From Bacteroidales bacterium (lineage in GTDB: Bacteria > Bacteroidota > Bacteroidia > Bacteroidales > UBA3663), in contig JAFSKF010000055.1 of the NCBI GenBank assembly GCA_017449065.1, positions 4,301-68,300 of the forward strand: 64,000 bases of DNA, in the 5' to 3' direction. The notes beneath the pieces were generated by a model, which searched no databases, was not told the origin of the DNA, and was given only the letters and a program-made list of their open reading frames with translations. Numbering within the stretch: position 1 is the stretch's first letter; the number at the start of each line of letters is the position of its first letter. Shown one piece after another: positions 1-9,789 of the stretch. Made by a program: the position numbers and the translations under genes.

Positions 1-131
1 TCGACTTTCTCGACTTCCTCATCGCCCATGCGCATGATAGAACCCTTACCGAAGGTCTTGTCAATTTTTTCCATAGCGGCCTGAAGCGCTTTCAAGCGGT
101 CGGCCGATGGTTGCTGATGTTCGTTTTTCAT
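1..131 (-). CDS. recA: RecA recombinase, first 43 codons only (gene runs off the left edge)
   Basis: Hand translation of the reverse strand from the ATG at 129-131 gives [43 protein letters not shown]. This is the conserved RecA N-terminus (FGKGSIM.MG). Confidence 0.8.
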   Translation of the reverse strand, partial: MKNEHQQPSADRLKALQAAMEKIDKTFGKGSIMRMGDEEVEKV

Positions 132-149
132 TTGTAAGAATATATAAAA

Positions 150-701
150 TTATTTGTTTTTAACCTTGTAACTGCAGCTTACCTTTCCCTTGACGATGGC
201 GTTGAGCTTGTTTTTGATGAGCTGTTTACGCAACGCAGAGACATGATCGATAAACATCGTTCCGTCGAGATGATCATACTCGTGCAACGTCATGCGGGCA
301 GCAAAACCGGTCACACGTTCTTCGTGCTCCCCGCCATCGACATCCCGATAGCGGATCACAATCCAATCCGGACGCTTCACGGCCTCGTAGATGCCCGGAA
401 TAGACAAGCAGCCTTCGTCTTTCGTGTTGGTTTCCTTGCTTTCCTCGATCACCTCCGGATTGATCATGCAACGACGGTAATCCTTGCACTCCGGATAATC
501 TTCTGCCAAACCTGTACCATCGACCACAAACATACGCAACGCCAAGCCCACCTGTGGAGCCGCCAAACCTACGCCATTGGCTTTTTCCATGGTCTGAAAC
601 ATGTTTTCAGCCAGGGTCTTCAAATCCGGATAATCGGCAGGCACCTCTTCGGCTTCTTTCCGAAGCACGCCCTGTCCGTATAGATAAATAGGAAGTAGCA
701 T
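150..701 (-). CDS. def: Peptide deformylase
   Basis: 183 aa with the three deformylase motifs: GVGLAAPQVG, EGCLSIPG and HEYDHLDG. Confidence 0.95.
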   Translation of the reverse strand: MLLPIYLYGQGVLRKEAEEVPADYPDLKTLAENMFQTMEKANGVGLAAPQVGLALRMFVVDGTGLAEDYPECKDYRRCMINPEVIEESKETNTKDEGCLSIPGIYEAVKRPDWIVIRYRDVDGGEHEERVTGFAARMTLHEYDHLDGTMFIDHVSALRKQLIKNKLNAIVKGKVSCSYKVKNK

Positions 702-722
702 ACTAATACCTTTATATTATTG

Positions 723-1178
723 TTATTTCTGCAAAGGGAAATGCTGGGGATTGAAACCCGGCATATTCCGGTTCTCGAGATACGACTGCAAGATGATGGT
801 TGCCGAGATGGTATCGACCATTCCCTTGTCCTCCCGCCGGCGCTGTTTGCCGACACCGCTTTCGAGGATCGCCTGATGTGCCAGCACCGACGTGAAACGT
901 TCATCCACCAGATCGATGGGCAACTGCGGGCAGAGCTTGTGCAAACGGTTCAGGAACGGCTCAATGTATTGCCAAGACTCGCTCATCTGTCCGTTCATCT
1001 GCTTCGGCAGACCCATCACGATGCGCTCCACTTGCTCTTTCTGCAAATAATCGAGCAAGAACTTCTCCAATTCGTGTGTCGGAACCGTTGTCAGGCTATT
1101 GGCTATAATCTGCAAAGGATCGGTGACCGCCAGTCCTGTGCGTTTCCGTCCGTAATCGATGGATAAAATTCTTGACAT
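723..1178 (-). CDS. ruvX: Holliday junction resolvase-like RuvX/YqgF
   Basis: 151 aa. The N-terminus ILSIDYGRKRTGLAVTD is typical of YqgF. A -7 box (TATCTTTG on the minus strand, 1197-1204) lies just upstream. Confidence 0.9.
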   Translation of the reverse strand: MSRILSIDYGRKRTGLAVTDPLQIIANSLTTVPTHELEKFLLDYLQKEQVERIVMGLPKQMNGQMSESWQYIEPFLNRLHKLCPQLPIDLVDERFTSVLAHQAILESGVGKQRRREDKGMVDTISATIILQSYLENRNMPGFNPQHFPLQK

Positions 1179-1294
1179 ATCTGATTATTTAGCTCGCAAA
1201 GATAGATACTTTTATCAAATATTCCAAACTTTTCATGGAAATTCGGTGATTTTTTTTTAATCTGAGTAATCGGAGTACTCTGAGTACCCAGATT

Positions 1295-1337
1295 TTTAAA
1301 AAAGCAAGCATCGTTGCTCTCCCGAGCTACGATGCTT
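1295..1337 (-). terminator. Intrinsic terminator after tRNA-Thr
   Basis: Stem aagcatcgt (1306-1314) pairs with acgatgctt (1329-1337), with an inner gctc/gagc extension. On the minus strand it is followed by GCTTTTTT. Confidence 0.7.
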
Positions 1338-1373
1338 TACAAAAATCCCTTTGTAAATTGAGAAGCTTATGAG

Positions 1374-1446
<73 letters not shown>

Positions 1447-1582
1447 AAGCGCAAACCTCTGTGTTTTCCGAAATTTGCGGGTGCAAAGATACGAAAAAAA
1501 TTCGCACTTTCCAACTTTTTTGATAAAAATCTTTTATTTTTCCTTGTTTTTCCTATAAATTTCAGGCATCAGCAGGCTTTTC

Positions 1583-2446
1583 TTACGGTTTTTTGCTGTC
1601 GCCATCCCGGAAAATCCATAAAAGTACGACCGTCAGCACGAGACTGAGTACGGTAATCAGCGGACCGAATGTAAAATCCTTGCTGAACGTCATATCGGGT
1701 GCATCTTGCGACTTATAGACAATCAGCGCCACCAGATTGTTGGTGAAATGCATGACGATGGAAGGCCAAAGCGAACGGGTCCAATAGACGGCATAGACAA
1801 ACAGGGTGCCCAACAACCACCGGGGAATGAGGCCGAACAGCTCGAAGTGAATCAGCGAAAACACCAATCCGACCAATATCGCCACAATATGCCTGTTCAA
1901 ACGGGTATATTCGCGGAAGCAACGCAACAGCGCACCGCGGAAAAGCATCTCCTCGCCGATAGCAGTAGATACGCACATCAGCAGCACCAGTTCCAGCCAT
2001 CCTCCGAAACCGGAAGGTTGCAGCACGATACCCAATACGGCCTGATTGTTCAGATACTCGTGTTCGCAATAGGCCCGCAGCCCGTCCGGCATCGGACAGC
2101 GGAAAGCAATCACTTCAAGGGCATCGAACACAGGCACCGCACAGATCATGATGCAGAAAGCCAGAAGCAGGGACCACCAGTTGGCCCTCAGCAGACCTAA
2201 GTCGCGCAACGACTTCCGCCAGGAAGGTTGCCATTCCGGCTGGTCAGAGGCATAGACCAGTCGCGTCCACAACAAAGGCACCAGCATCATGACGACCAGA
2301 TTCTGCGCCCATTGAATCAGGTGCATCGACAAAACGAGCTGACCCGATTGCTGCAACGAAAACGCAGGAATACCCACCACCATACATACCGCAAAACCCA
2401 AGAATGCGAGTATCATGAGCAAAAGAAGCCGTTTCCAGAATTTCAT
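1583..2446 (-). CDS. CPBP-family intramembrane glutamic protease (CAAX protease-like)
   Basis: 287 aa and multi-pass hydrophobic. It carries the CPBP motifs EEMLFRG, FSLIHF and HFTNN. Confidence 0.85.
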   Translation of the reverse strand: MKFWKRLLLLMILAFLGFAVCMVVGIPAFSLQQSGQLVLSMHLIQWAQNLVVMMLVPLLWTRLVYASDQPEWQPSWRKSLRDLGLLRANWWSLLLAFCIMICAVPVFDALEVIAFRCPMPDGLRAYCEHEYLNNQAVLGIVLQPSGFGGWLELVLLMCVSTAIGEEMLFRGALLRCFREYTRLNRHIVAILVGLVFSLIHFELFGLIPRWLLGTLFVYAVYWTRSLWPSIVMHFTNNLVALIVYKSQDAPDMTFSKDFTFGPLITVLSLVLTVVLLWIFRDGDSKKP

Positions 2447-2543
2447 TTTATCCGATTTTGATTGTTACAGGGTGCAAATATAGGTAGTTTTTGCGACAAA
2501 AGAAGCGAAAAATAAGATTTTTTCGAAAAAAGTCGCAAAAAAA

Positions 2544-2575
2544 TTTGGAAACTCCCAAAATAAGCACTATCTTTG
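2544..2575 (+). promoter_or_regulatory. Bacteroidetes sigma-AB type promoter for tRNA-Leu
   Basis: TTTG (2544-2547), a 20-nt spacer, then TATCTTTG (2568-2575). Confidence 0.6.
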
Positions 2576-2636
2576 CACCCGCAAACAAGAAAACGGCAAA
2601 AGTTTTTCAAGTTTCACGTTCGAAAGAACAAGCCCT

Positions 2637-2718
2637 GCCCGGGTGGTGAAATTGGTAGACACGTACGTTTCAGGTGCGTATGGTTTGCGCCATGCGGGTT
2701 CGAGTCCCGCCTCGGGCA
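2637..2718 (+). tRNA. tRNA-Leu (anticodon CAG), long variable arm
   Basis: Acceptor GCCCGGG/CTCGGGC, anticodon stem TACGT/GCGTA with loop TTCAGGT, a long variable arm, and T arm GGGTTCGAGTCCC. Confidence 0.9.
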
Positions 2719-2722
2719 CAGA

Positions 2723-2757
2723 GAAGTTTCCGACATCGGTCGGGAACTTCTTTTTTT
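2723..2757 (+). terminator. Intrinsic terminator after tRNA-Leu
   Basis: 12-bp stem gaagtttccgac / gtcgggaacttc with loop atcg, followed by a T7 run. Confidence 0.85.
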
Positions 2758-2845
2758 GTATGGTATTTTTTATCGAAAATATGGCATTTTTGTCGGATAA
2801 CTGAAAAAATGTACAAAATTCCATAGCCTCCTTATTTATAATATT

Positions 2846-2994
2846 TACCTTTGCACCGAAGAATAACAGATTCCCGCTGTTTCTTCGTTACTTTGTTGTT
2901 TTGAGTTAGGCAAAATATGGTAAAATTTAGATTTTAAGTAAGGTTAAATGATTGTAAATTGAGAAGAGTTGCACGGGAGTGTGGCTCTTTTTTT
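2846..2994 (+). ncRNA. Candidate small RNA, from a -7 box to an intrinsic terminator, with no ORF
   Basis: TACCTTTG -7 box at 2846-2853, but no clear -33 element. The terminator has a 10-bp stem agagttgcac (2965-2974) / gtgtggctct (2979-2988) with three G-U pairs and a T6 run. Only 4-6 codon ORFs lie between them. A separate canonical promoter for the receptor gene follows. Confidence 0.3.
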
Positions 2995-3002
2995 ATGTAA
3001 TA

Positions 3003-3034
3003 TTTGGTATTGTCAGGATTTTTCTGTACCTTTG
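3003..3034 (+). promoter_or_regulatory. Promoter of the TonB-dependent receptor gene
   Basis: TTTG (3003-3006), a 20-nt spacer, then TACCTTTG (3027-3034). The ATG is at 3059. Confidence 0.6.
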
Positions 3035-3058
3035 CGCCGTTATTTAAGGCAATTTACA

Positions 3059-5194
3059 ATGAAGATGTTCAAACCGCTGTCCATTCTGTTCTGTTTCCTG
3101 GCAGGCTTCAACCTGCTTCTTGCCGAAGGGCAGCACAATCACCAACACTCCTCGTGCGTTAACGACAGTCTGGATCCTATCAAGGAAGCCATTCTGCACG
3201 AAATCGTCGTGAGCGGCCTGACCGGCACCCAGCGTATGCAGGATGCGTCCGCTCCTTTCTCAGTTATCACCCCCAACGCCCTGCACCAGAGTTTCGGCTC
3301 GAACTTTGTCGATGCCATCGGCAAGCTGCCGGGGCTCTCGCAGATCAGCACCGGTTCGGGCATCAGCAAGCCCGTCATCCGCGGTTTGGGATACAATCGC
3401 GTGGTGGTGGTCGATAACGGTATCCGGCAGGAAGGCCAGCAATGGGGCGACGAACACGGACTGGAAGTGGCAGCAGAAGGCATACATTCCGTAGAGGTTC
3501 TGAAGGGGCCCGCTTCGCTGATGTATGGCAGCGACGCCTTAGCGGGAGTTCTGATCCTGCATCCGGAACCCGCCTTGGAAGAAGGAATCCGTCACATTCG
3601 CGTGGGCGGAGAATACCAATCGAACCAAGACCTCTATGCCTATCATGCCACCTTGGCGGGCAATCAGAACGGCTGGCTCTGGAACTGGACCTTTGCTGAC
3701 AAAGCGGCTCATTGCTATAAGAACGACAGGGACGGCTATGTGCCGGGATCGTGGTTCCGCCAATGGGACGTGCAAGGAATGTTCGGCATCAACCGCTCGT
3801 GGGGTCACTCCTGGCTTCGTTTCTCGCACGTTGATTTCACCCCCGGTATCGCGGAAGGCGAACGAGATGCCGTCACCGGCGAATTGGAATTCGAAGAGGG
3901 TGCATCGGCCAAGAGCTACCACAGGCAACTCCCCTTCCAACGCGTTCTACACACCAAGGCGGTGAGCGATAATGCCTGGAAGTTAGGGAACGGACAACTG
4001 AAAGCCATTGTGGGATACCAGCGCAACTACCGCCGCGAGTTCGAGGACAGCAAACACGATGCTGAGCTGGCGCTGAAACTGCATACGGTCAACTACGACG
4101 TGAAATATCAGACCACCCTGGAGTCCGACTGGAAACTGGCTGGAGGCGTGAACGGTATGTTCCAGAAAAACGAAAACGAAGGGGAAGAATATCTGATTCC
4201 CGACTACCGGCTTTTCGATGTCGGACTCTTTGCCACCGCCAGCCGGCAGTGGAACGACTGGCACGTGTCGGGCGGCATCCGTGCTGACAAACGGTTTCTT
4301 TCGTCCGACGAGCTTATTGACGATGGCACGGTCCGCTTCTCCGACTTCGACAAGGACTTTACGGGCATTACAGGAAGTGTGGGCACTGTATGGAACATCA
4401 CCGATGCCGCCAACCTGCGCTTGAACTGGGCGCGCGGATTCCGGGCTCCGACCATCAGCGAATTGGCCTCAAATGGCGTTCATGAAGGCAGCATCCAGTA
4501 TGAAACGGGCAACCAGACCCTGAAGCCGGAATACAGCCAGCAAGTGGATCTCGGCTTCGACTACACGTCCCGTCACATCAGCATCCAAGCAGCTGTGTTT
4601 GTAAACAGAATCGACAACTATATTTACCTGAATAAGCTGGCCGGTATGCTGACCGACGGCTATCAGACCTACCAATACAGACAAGGGGATGCCCGCCTTC
4701 TGGGTGGAGAACTAACCATAGATGTGCATCCGTTGGATGCCCTGCATATCTCGAACAGCCTGAGCTGGGTGGAAAGCCGGCAGCTGCACCGTCACGACGA
4801 CGGCAAGTACCTGCCCATGATTCCGGCTCCACGATGGAATACCGATGTCCGATACAGTTTCAAGGACTTTGCTCACGGACACTGTACTCGTCCGTTTGCG
4901 GCAGTCGGCTGGGAATACAACTTCCGGCAGGATCATTATTACGGCACCGACGACACGGAAACCGCTACCCCCGACTACGGACTGCTGAATGTTTCCTGCG
5001 GCATCGACCTGCACCTCTGGGGACACAACTGCATCGAACTCACCCTATCGTGCCAGAACCTGCTCGACAAGGTCTATCAGCCGCACACCAGCAGGCTGAA
5101 GTATGCCGACACCAACATCCTGACCGGAAGACAAGGCGTCTTTGCGATGGGACGCAACTTCTGTCTGAAAGCCAACATCCCGATCGAATTCTAA
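3059..5194 (+). CDS. TonB-dependent outer-membrane receptor (not SusC-like), His-rich mature N-terminus
   Basis: The ORF-track start at 2969 is a TTG that lies upstream of the promoter. The ATG at 3059 gives the signal peptide MKMFKPLSILFCFLAGFNLLLA. Plug-domain motifs are present (VVSG..TGT, IRGLGYNRVVVVDNG, EVLKGPASLMYGSDA), and the C-terminus is a beta-barrel ending in F. Confidence 0.9.
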   Translation: MKMFKPLSILFCFLAGFNLLLAEGQHNHQHSSCVNDSLDPIKEAILHEIVVSGLTGTQRMQDASAPFSVITPNALHQSFGSNFVDAIGKLPGLSQISTGSGISKPVIRGLGYNRVVVVDNGIRQEGQQWGDEHGLEVAAEGIHSVEVLKGPASLMYGSDALAGVLILHPEPALEEGIRHIRVGGEYQSNQDLYAYHATLAGNQNGWLWNWTFADKAAHCYKNDRDGYVPGSWFRQWDVQGMFGINRSWGHSWLRFSHVDFTPGIAEGERDAVTGELEFEEGASAKSYHRQLPFQRVLHTKAVSDNAWKLGNGQLKAIVGYQRNYRREFEDSKHDAELALKLHTVNYDVKYQTTLESDWKLAGGVNGMFQKNENEGEEYLIPDYRLFDVGLFATASRQWNDWHVSGGIRADKRFLSSDELIDDGTVRFSDFDKDFTGITGSVGTVWNITDAANLRLNWARGFRAPTISELASNGVHEGSIQYETGNQTLKPEYSQQVDLGFDYTSRHISIQAAVFVNRIDNYIYLNKLAGMLTDGYQTYQYRQGDARLLGGELTIDVHPLDALHISNSLSWVESRQLHRHDDGKYLPMIPAPRWNTDVRYSFKDFAHGHCTRPFAAVGWEYNFRQDHYYGTDDTETATPDYGLLNVSCGIDLHLWGHNCIELTLSCQNLLDKVYQPHTSRLKYADTNILTGRQGVFAMGRNFCLKANIPIEF

Positions 5195-5200
5195 CACAGA

Positions 5201-8200
5201 TCAGTTGCTTGGCAACTCTTCCTCTGCAGGTATTTCGCCGGTCTGCACCTTCTTCTTATATTGCGAAGGAGGAACGCCGAACTGTTTGCGGAAACATTTC
5301 GAGAAGTATAAGGCATCGTTGAAGCCGACATGGTACGATATCTCCGAAATATTCCTTTCATCTTCGGCCGACAGCAGCAACTCGGCAGCCCGCTTCAAGC
5401 GATAAACCCGCAAATACTCCACAGGAGCATAGCCCAGCACGCCACGCACCTTATTATAAAAGACGGTACGGGACATTCCCATCTCGGAGGCGAACAGTTC
5501 CACATTGAAATCTGCCTCGCTCATGTGTTCGTCAAGAACGCGGTTCAAATGTTCTACGAACTGCTTATCCCGCGAATTGGTGCAAACAGGCGTCTGTTGT
5601 GCCCCCGGTTGGGTGGCGTATTTCTCGCGCAAACGCTGTCGCTGCTCAATCAGGCGCACAATCCGGGCCAAAAGGAACTTGAAGCTGAACGGCTTCGAGA
5701 TATAAGCATCGGCACCCGATTCGATTCCCTCCACCTGCTTTTCGGCAGAGCCTAAAGCGGTGAGCAGAATAATCGGAATATGACACGTCTGGAAATCTTT
5801 GCGCAACCGTCGTGTCACCTCGAAGCCGTCGATACCGGGCATCATCACGTCGCAGACAATCAGGTCGGGCATCAGTTCGTGAGCCCGGTTCAGACCCGTG
5901 GTTCCGTCCTCGGCATCATATACCTCAAAGTAAGCACACAACTCTTCTTTCAGCAGATTGCGGATATCGTTGTCGTCTTCGATGATCAGAATCTTCTGGT
6001 TGTTCAGCGGTTCGGGCAGATCCGGCATCCGGATGTCGGAAGCGGCAGGTGCCGAAATGTGCATCTCTTCTGCTGAAGCCGATACCACCGAAGCCGAATC
6101 GGGCCGTTCCACAGTGGAATTTTCCGGCGTTACGAAATCCTCTCCGGCATAGAGATTGGTATCGAGCGGCAAGGTGACCGTAAAGATAGAACCGCCTTCG
6201 GGATTCTCGCTGAACACCAATGTGCCCCGATGCTTGATCACCAGCTGCTGACTGAGATGCAGGCCGATGCCGATGCTGTCGCTATGCTGATTGGTGTGCA
6301 TGTAAGGCGTGAACAGTTCCTTCTGCTTGTCTTTCGGAACTCCCACCCCGGTATCGGTCACTTTGAAGACGAATTTGCGGGTGCGTTCGTCAACAATCAC
6401 ATCCACGTCTATCTTGCCACCCGACAATGTGTATTTGAAGGCATTCGAAATGATGTTATAGGTCACCTTGTCGAGATGTCCATGATCGAAGAACATCCGA
6501 TAGGACGTATGGCTGAAATGCATCTGGTAATCGATGCTCTTCTGTTGCGCCATGACAAAGAACGACGAGGCGATATCGCGCACAAAGGCAATCACATCGC
6601 TTTCTTCAAGCGACAGAGTGAGCTTATTGCTCTGCAGTTTGCGGAACTCCATAATCTGGTTGGCCAGGCGGCTCATACGACGCACGCCGCTCCGCATGGT
6701 CAGCAACGGGCTGCGTGCCTCGGCGGGAATACCCGGACACTCCGACAAGCGCTCCTCCGCACTCTGGATCAGACTGAGCGGCGTACGGAATTCGTGGCTG
6801 ATGCCGGCAAAGAAAGCCATCTTGAACTCATTCAGTTCTTCGGTGATCTTCAGCTGCTGACGCATTCGGAATGCCTGCATTATCAGGTGCCAGATAAAGA
6901 ATCCGAGTGCCAGGAACGCAACCAGATAGAGGACATAAGCCCACCACGTCTGCCACAACGGAGGACGAATCGACACCTTCAACGTCGTCTCGGCACGATC
7001 ATCCCACACACCGCGATCGTTGGTGGCACGCACCTTAAAGAAGTAAGTGCCGGGCTTCAGATATTTGTAATCGACATCCTGCCGGGTGGTAGGTTCACTC
7101 CAATTGCGATCGTAGCCCTGTAGCATATATTTGTACATGTGACGCTTGGAATTGCCCGGACAGAACACCTCGAAATGCAAGGTGTTCTGCTGGTAATCAA
7201 GCTCTACGGATTCGGCATACGAGATCGACTGGCGGAGCTTAGGATTGTGCGGATCGGCCAGATCGACTTTCTGTCCGTTGACACGGAAGTCAGACAAGAT
7301 GGGTTTCCGGCTCTCCGGGCTGTCAAGGAACTGGGAAGGATCGACCAGCGTCAACCCATAAAAAGTGCCGCTGACAAAGCGCCCGTCGGGCAAAACCGAC
7401 ACGGTACGCGAATCATAGACGTTGCCCAAAGGCTGGCGGGAGAAATAATACGGCTCGAAGGTTTGCGTCTGCGTATTGAAATGAGACATTCCAGACATCG
7501 TTCCAATCCATAACGTACCCGTCGTATTACTGATATAAATGCTTGAAACCTCATTGCTGTTCAGTCCGCGACTCGTATCGAAGACCTCGTAGCTGAGTTG
7601 TCGGGTGGACGGTTCTATCTGGCAGCCTACCAATCCGACACCCATCGAGCCTACCCAGATCTTTCCCGTGGGAGAAGCCTGCACACAGTTCATTTCGTTG
7701 GTACAGAAGTTCCCGTCTTGCAAACTGTAGCGAATCAGGTTTTTCGGGTTCGAAAGAACAGAATCCGGATGGAAGCGGTACAATCCGTTATTACCCGCCA
7801 TCCAGATCCAGCCACTACGGTCTTCTGCCATCTGTTTCAGCGTTGTGCTGCCCGATCCATCAAACTGCAAGGTCCGGAACTGCAGGTTCTCGCGAGTGAC
7901 GGCACCCGTGGGAATCTTCGCAACAGAAAGTCCACCGCCCATGGTAGCCACCCACATGCATCCTTTGTCATCTTCCAGCACATCGAAGATATTATCCGAC
8001 TTCATATCGGACTCCTTACGGCTTCCCCGGAAATGCACGCCATCCACGTATAAACCATCGCCTCGGGTACAAATCCATTCATGACCGTATTTATCGTTTT
8101 TCACCGAATAGACATTGGCCGGAAAGTGCCGGGTCTTTTCCACCTTCAAATCCGACGACAATGTCATCAGGTCTCCCTTACGGGTGGCAACCATGACCTT

Positions 8201-9613
8201 GTCTCCCACCGTGCCGACAAAACACATCGCATTAGTCACCCCAAAATCCGATTCGGCACCGACAAAGTAACGTGCCGTCTCCTTCAGATTGGGTTCGAAA
8301 TGCGTTACGCCCACTTGGGTGACCGCCAGCCAAAGATCTCCTTCCCTGTCAAGGTACATCGAGGCAAGCGATTCGCTGTCGATAACCGACTGTTCGTTGT
8401 TCTGGCCAGGCAGGAAATGTATCGGTTCTGTCTGGTTGACAGGATAGCAGAACAGACCGTTCGTGCTGGTCGATATCCATCGGTTGCCCCTGGCATCTAC
8501 TACAACATGATAGAGTTCCCTGTTATAGGTGGTAGAAGTGCGTCCCGGCTCCAAAGGCAATACCACCAATGGCTCGTCAAGTGTCTTGCCGAACTGATAG
8601 AGATTACCGGTATTGTTGCAGAAATACGGATTCCCCAAATTATCTTTAATAATCTTGACATTGGGCGCTACACCGAGGTGGCTGCTTGTCAGTTTGCGAC
8701 TCGTGAAATCGAACTCATAATTGCGATTCCGCCCGGAAAGGAACCACCGGTTGCCGACCAATACGGTATCGTTGATCTGATAAGGCTGGCTGGTCTTGTC
8801 GGAAAATGTCAGCTGCACCACCGGCTGATTCACGCTGGTCGGTAGGAAAGCCGATACTTTTCCACTGCGGAACATCACCCACACTGTATCTTGGTGAATG
8901 AGGCAGGCTTCGCAATAGGAGACCGTATCATAGACCAAGGTCTGTGAGGCTTCAGACAAATCGGCAGACCGGTTCTTTTCGCCCGGAAGAATGGACATAC
9001 CACGTTTGGTTCCCATCCATACATTGCCTCTGGGATCTCCCACCAAGAACTTAATCTGGTTATCGGGCAGATTCCCATCGGTTTTGGCATAATAGACAGC
9101 TTCCAGTTCCCGGTCTTCGTTCAATCGGAACCGGGCGATGCCGTTATTCCGGCTGCTTGCCCAAACGTGTTCATCATCGAAGAAATAGAGATTATTGTAT
9201 TTGTTGGGATGCAAGGAGTCGGCAGGAATGGTGAGAAAACGATCCTGGCGCAAGTCGTAGCAGCAAACGCTCTCTCCCATCGTCTTCATCCAAAGCAGAT
9301 GGTTCTTGTCCTCGCACAAACGCATAATCCGGTTATCGCCATACACCAATGGATCGTGTTGGACAATGGTCCGTTCGATGTTTGTGATATGGTTGCCGTC
9401 GTAGCGCGACAATCCGTTGTACGATGCCATCCAGATGAAGCCCTGCGAATCTTGCAGGATATCGCGAACCCGGTTGCTGCTCAGGCCCGAAGCGGTGCTC
9501 AGCGTTTCCGACTGCACAACGATACCGGCATGAAGGTGGCATACACCCGCAAAACTCAGACCAAAGAACACGAACACCGATATAAGATGTTTTGTCATGG
9601 ATTTTCCGAACAT
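5201..9613 (-). CDS. Hybrid two-component system protein (periplasmic sensor, histidine kinase, receiver, AraC HTH)
   Basis: 1470 aa. Order of parts: signal peptide, long beta-propeller-like sensor, TM segment, HisKA (ISHEFRTPLS), HATPase (DTGVGVP, GIGLHL), receiver (ILIIEDD..DVMMPGIDG), then AraC-type HTH (GFNDALYFSKCFRKQFGVPPSQY). Confidence 0.9.
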   Translation of the reverse strand: MFGKSMTKHLISVFVFFGLSFAGVCHLHAGIVVQSETLSTASGLSSNRVRDILQDSQGFIWMASYNGLSRYDGNHITNIERTIVQHDPLVYGDNRIMRLCEDKNHLLWMKTMGESVCCYDLRQDRFLTIPADSLHPNKYNNLYFFDDEHVWASSRNNGIARFRLNEDRELEAVYYAKTDGNLPDNQIKFLVGDPRGNVWMGTKRGMSILPGEKNRSADLSEASQTLVYDTVSYCEACLIHQDTVWVMFRSGKVSAFLPTSVNQPVVQLTFSDKTSQPYQINDTVLVGNRWFLSGRNRNYEFDFTSRKLTSSHLGVAPNVKIIKDNLGNPYFCNNTGNLYQFGKTLDEPLVVLPLEPGRTSTTYNRELYHVVVDARGNRWISTSTNGLFCYPVNQTEPIHFLPGQNNEQSVIDSESLASMYLDREGDLWLAVTQVGVTHFEPNLKETARYFVGAESDFGVTNAMCFVGTVGDKVMVATRKGDLMTLSSDLKVEKTRHFPANVYSVKNDKYGHEWICTRGDGLYVDGVHFRGSRKESDMKSDNIFDVLEDDKGCMWVATMGGGLSVAKIPTGAVTRENLQFRTLQFDGSGSTTLKQMAEDRSGWIWMAGNNGLYRFHPDSVLSNPKNLIRYSLQDGNFCTNEMNCVQASPTGKIWVGSMGVGLVGCQIEPSTRQLSYEVFDTSRGLNSNEVSSIYISNTTGTLWIGTMSGMSHFNTQTQTFEPYYFSRQPLGNVYDSRTVSVLPDGRFVSGTFYGLTLVDPSQFLDSPESRKPILSDFRVNGQKVDLADPHNPKLRQSISYAESVELDYQQNTLHFEVFCPGNSKRHMYKYMLQGYDRNWSEPTTRQDVDYKYLKPGTYFFKVRATNDRGVWDDRAETTLKVSIRPPLWQTWWAYVLYLVAFLALGFFIWHLIMQAFRMRQQLKITEELNEFKMAFFAGISHEFRTPLSLIQSAEERLSECPGIPAEARSPLLTMRSGVRRMSRLANQIMEFRKLQSNKLTLSLEESDVIAFVRDIASSFFVMAQQKSIDYQMHFSHTSYRMFFDHGHLDKVTYNIISNAFKYTLSGGKIDVDVIVDERTRKFVFKVTDTGVGVPKDKQKELFTPYMHTNQHSDSIGIGLHLSQQLVIKHRGTLVFSENPEGGSIFTVTLPLDTNLYAGEDFVTPENSTVERPDSASVVSASAEEMHISAPAASDIRMPDLPEPLNNQKILIIEDDNDIRNLLKEELCAYFEVYDAEDGTTGLNRAHELMPDLIVCDVMMPGIDGFEVTRRLRKDFQTCHIPIILLTALGSAEKQVEGIESGADAYISKPFSFKFLLARIVRLIEQRQRLREKYATQPGAQQTPVCTNSRDKQFVEHLNRVLDEHMSEADFNVELFASEMGMSRTVFYNKVRGVLGYAPVEYLRVYRLKRAAELLLSAEDERNISEISYHVGFNDALYFSKCFRKQFGVPPSQYKKKVQTGEIPAEEELPSN

Positions 9614-9789
9614 AGTTTTTTGTTTAAGGAAGTGTTTTGATTGTGCAAAGATAGCAGATTACAACGAATGTAGCAAATATTCGCTTCACATTTTTAAATA
9701 TATTATATGGAATTTGGACAATTTTTCTTGGATTTGCTAAAATAAATGCCTAACTTTGCGGCTGAATATTTGAAATATTTCTGTTACGA

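Noticed and set aside
1351-1365. An exact 15-mer, TTGTAAATTGAGAAG, is shared with 2952-2966. Related caatttacaa strings occur at 3050 and at 20866-20903.
   Set aside because: A back-of-envelope expectation for exact 15-mer pairs in 64 kb on both strands is of order one to a few, and higher in AT-rich spacers. I therefore cannot separate this from chance without a genome-wide count.
2860-3058. A possible cobalamin or other riboswitch upstream of the TonB-dependent receptor.
   Set aside because: I could find no B12 box (GCCACTG-like core) and no other riboswitch core. The receptor also has its own canonical promoter downstream of the terminator.
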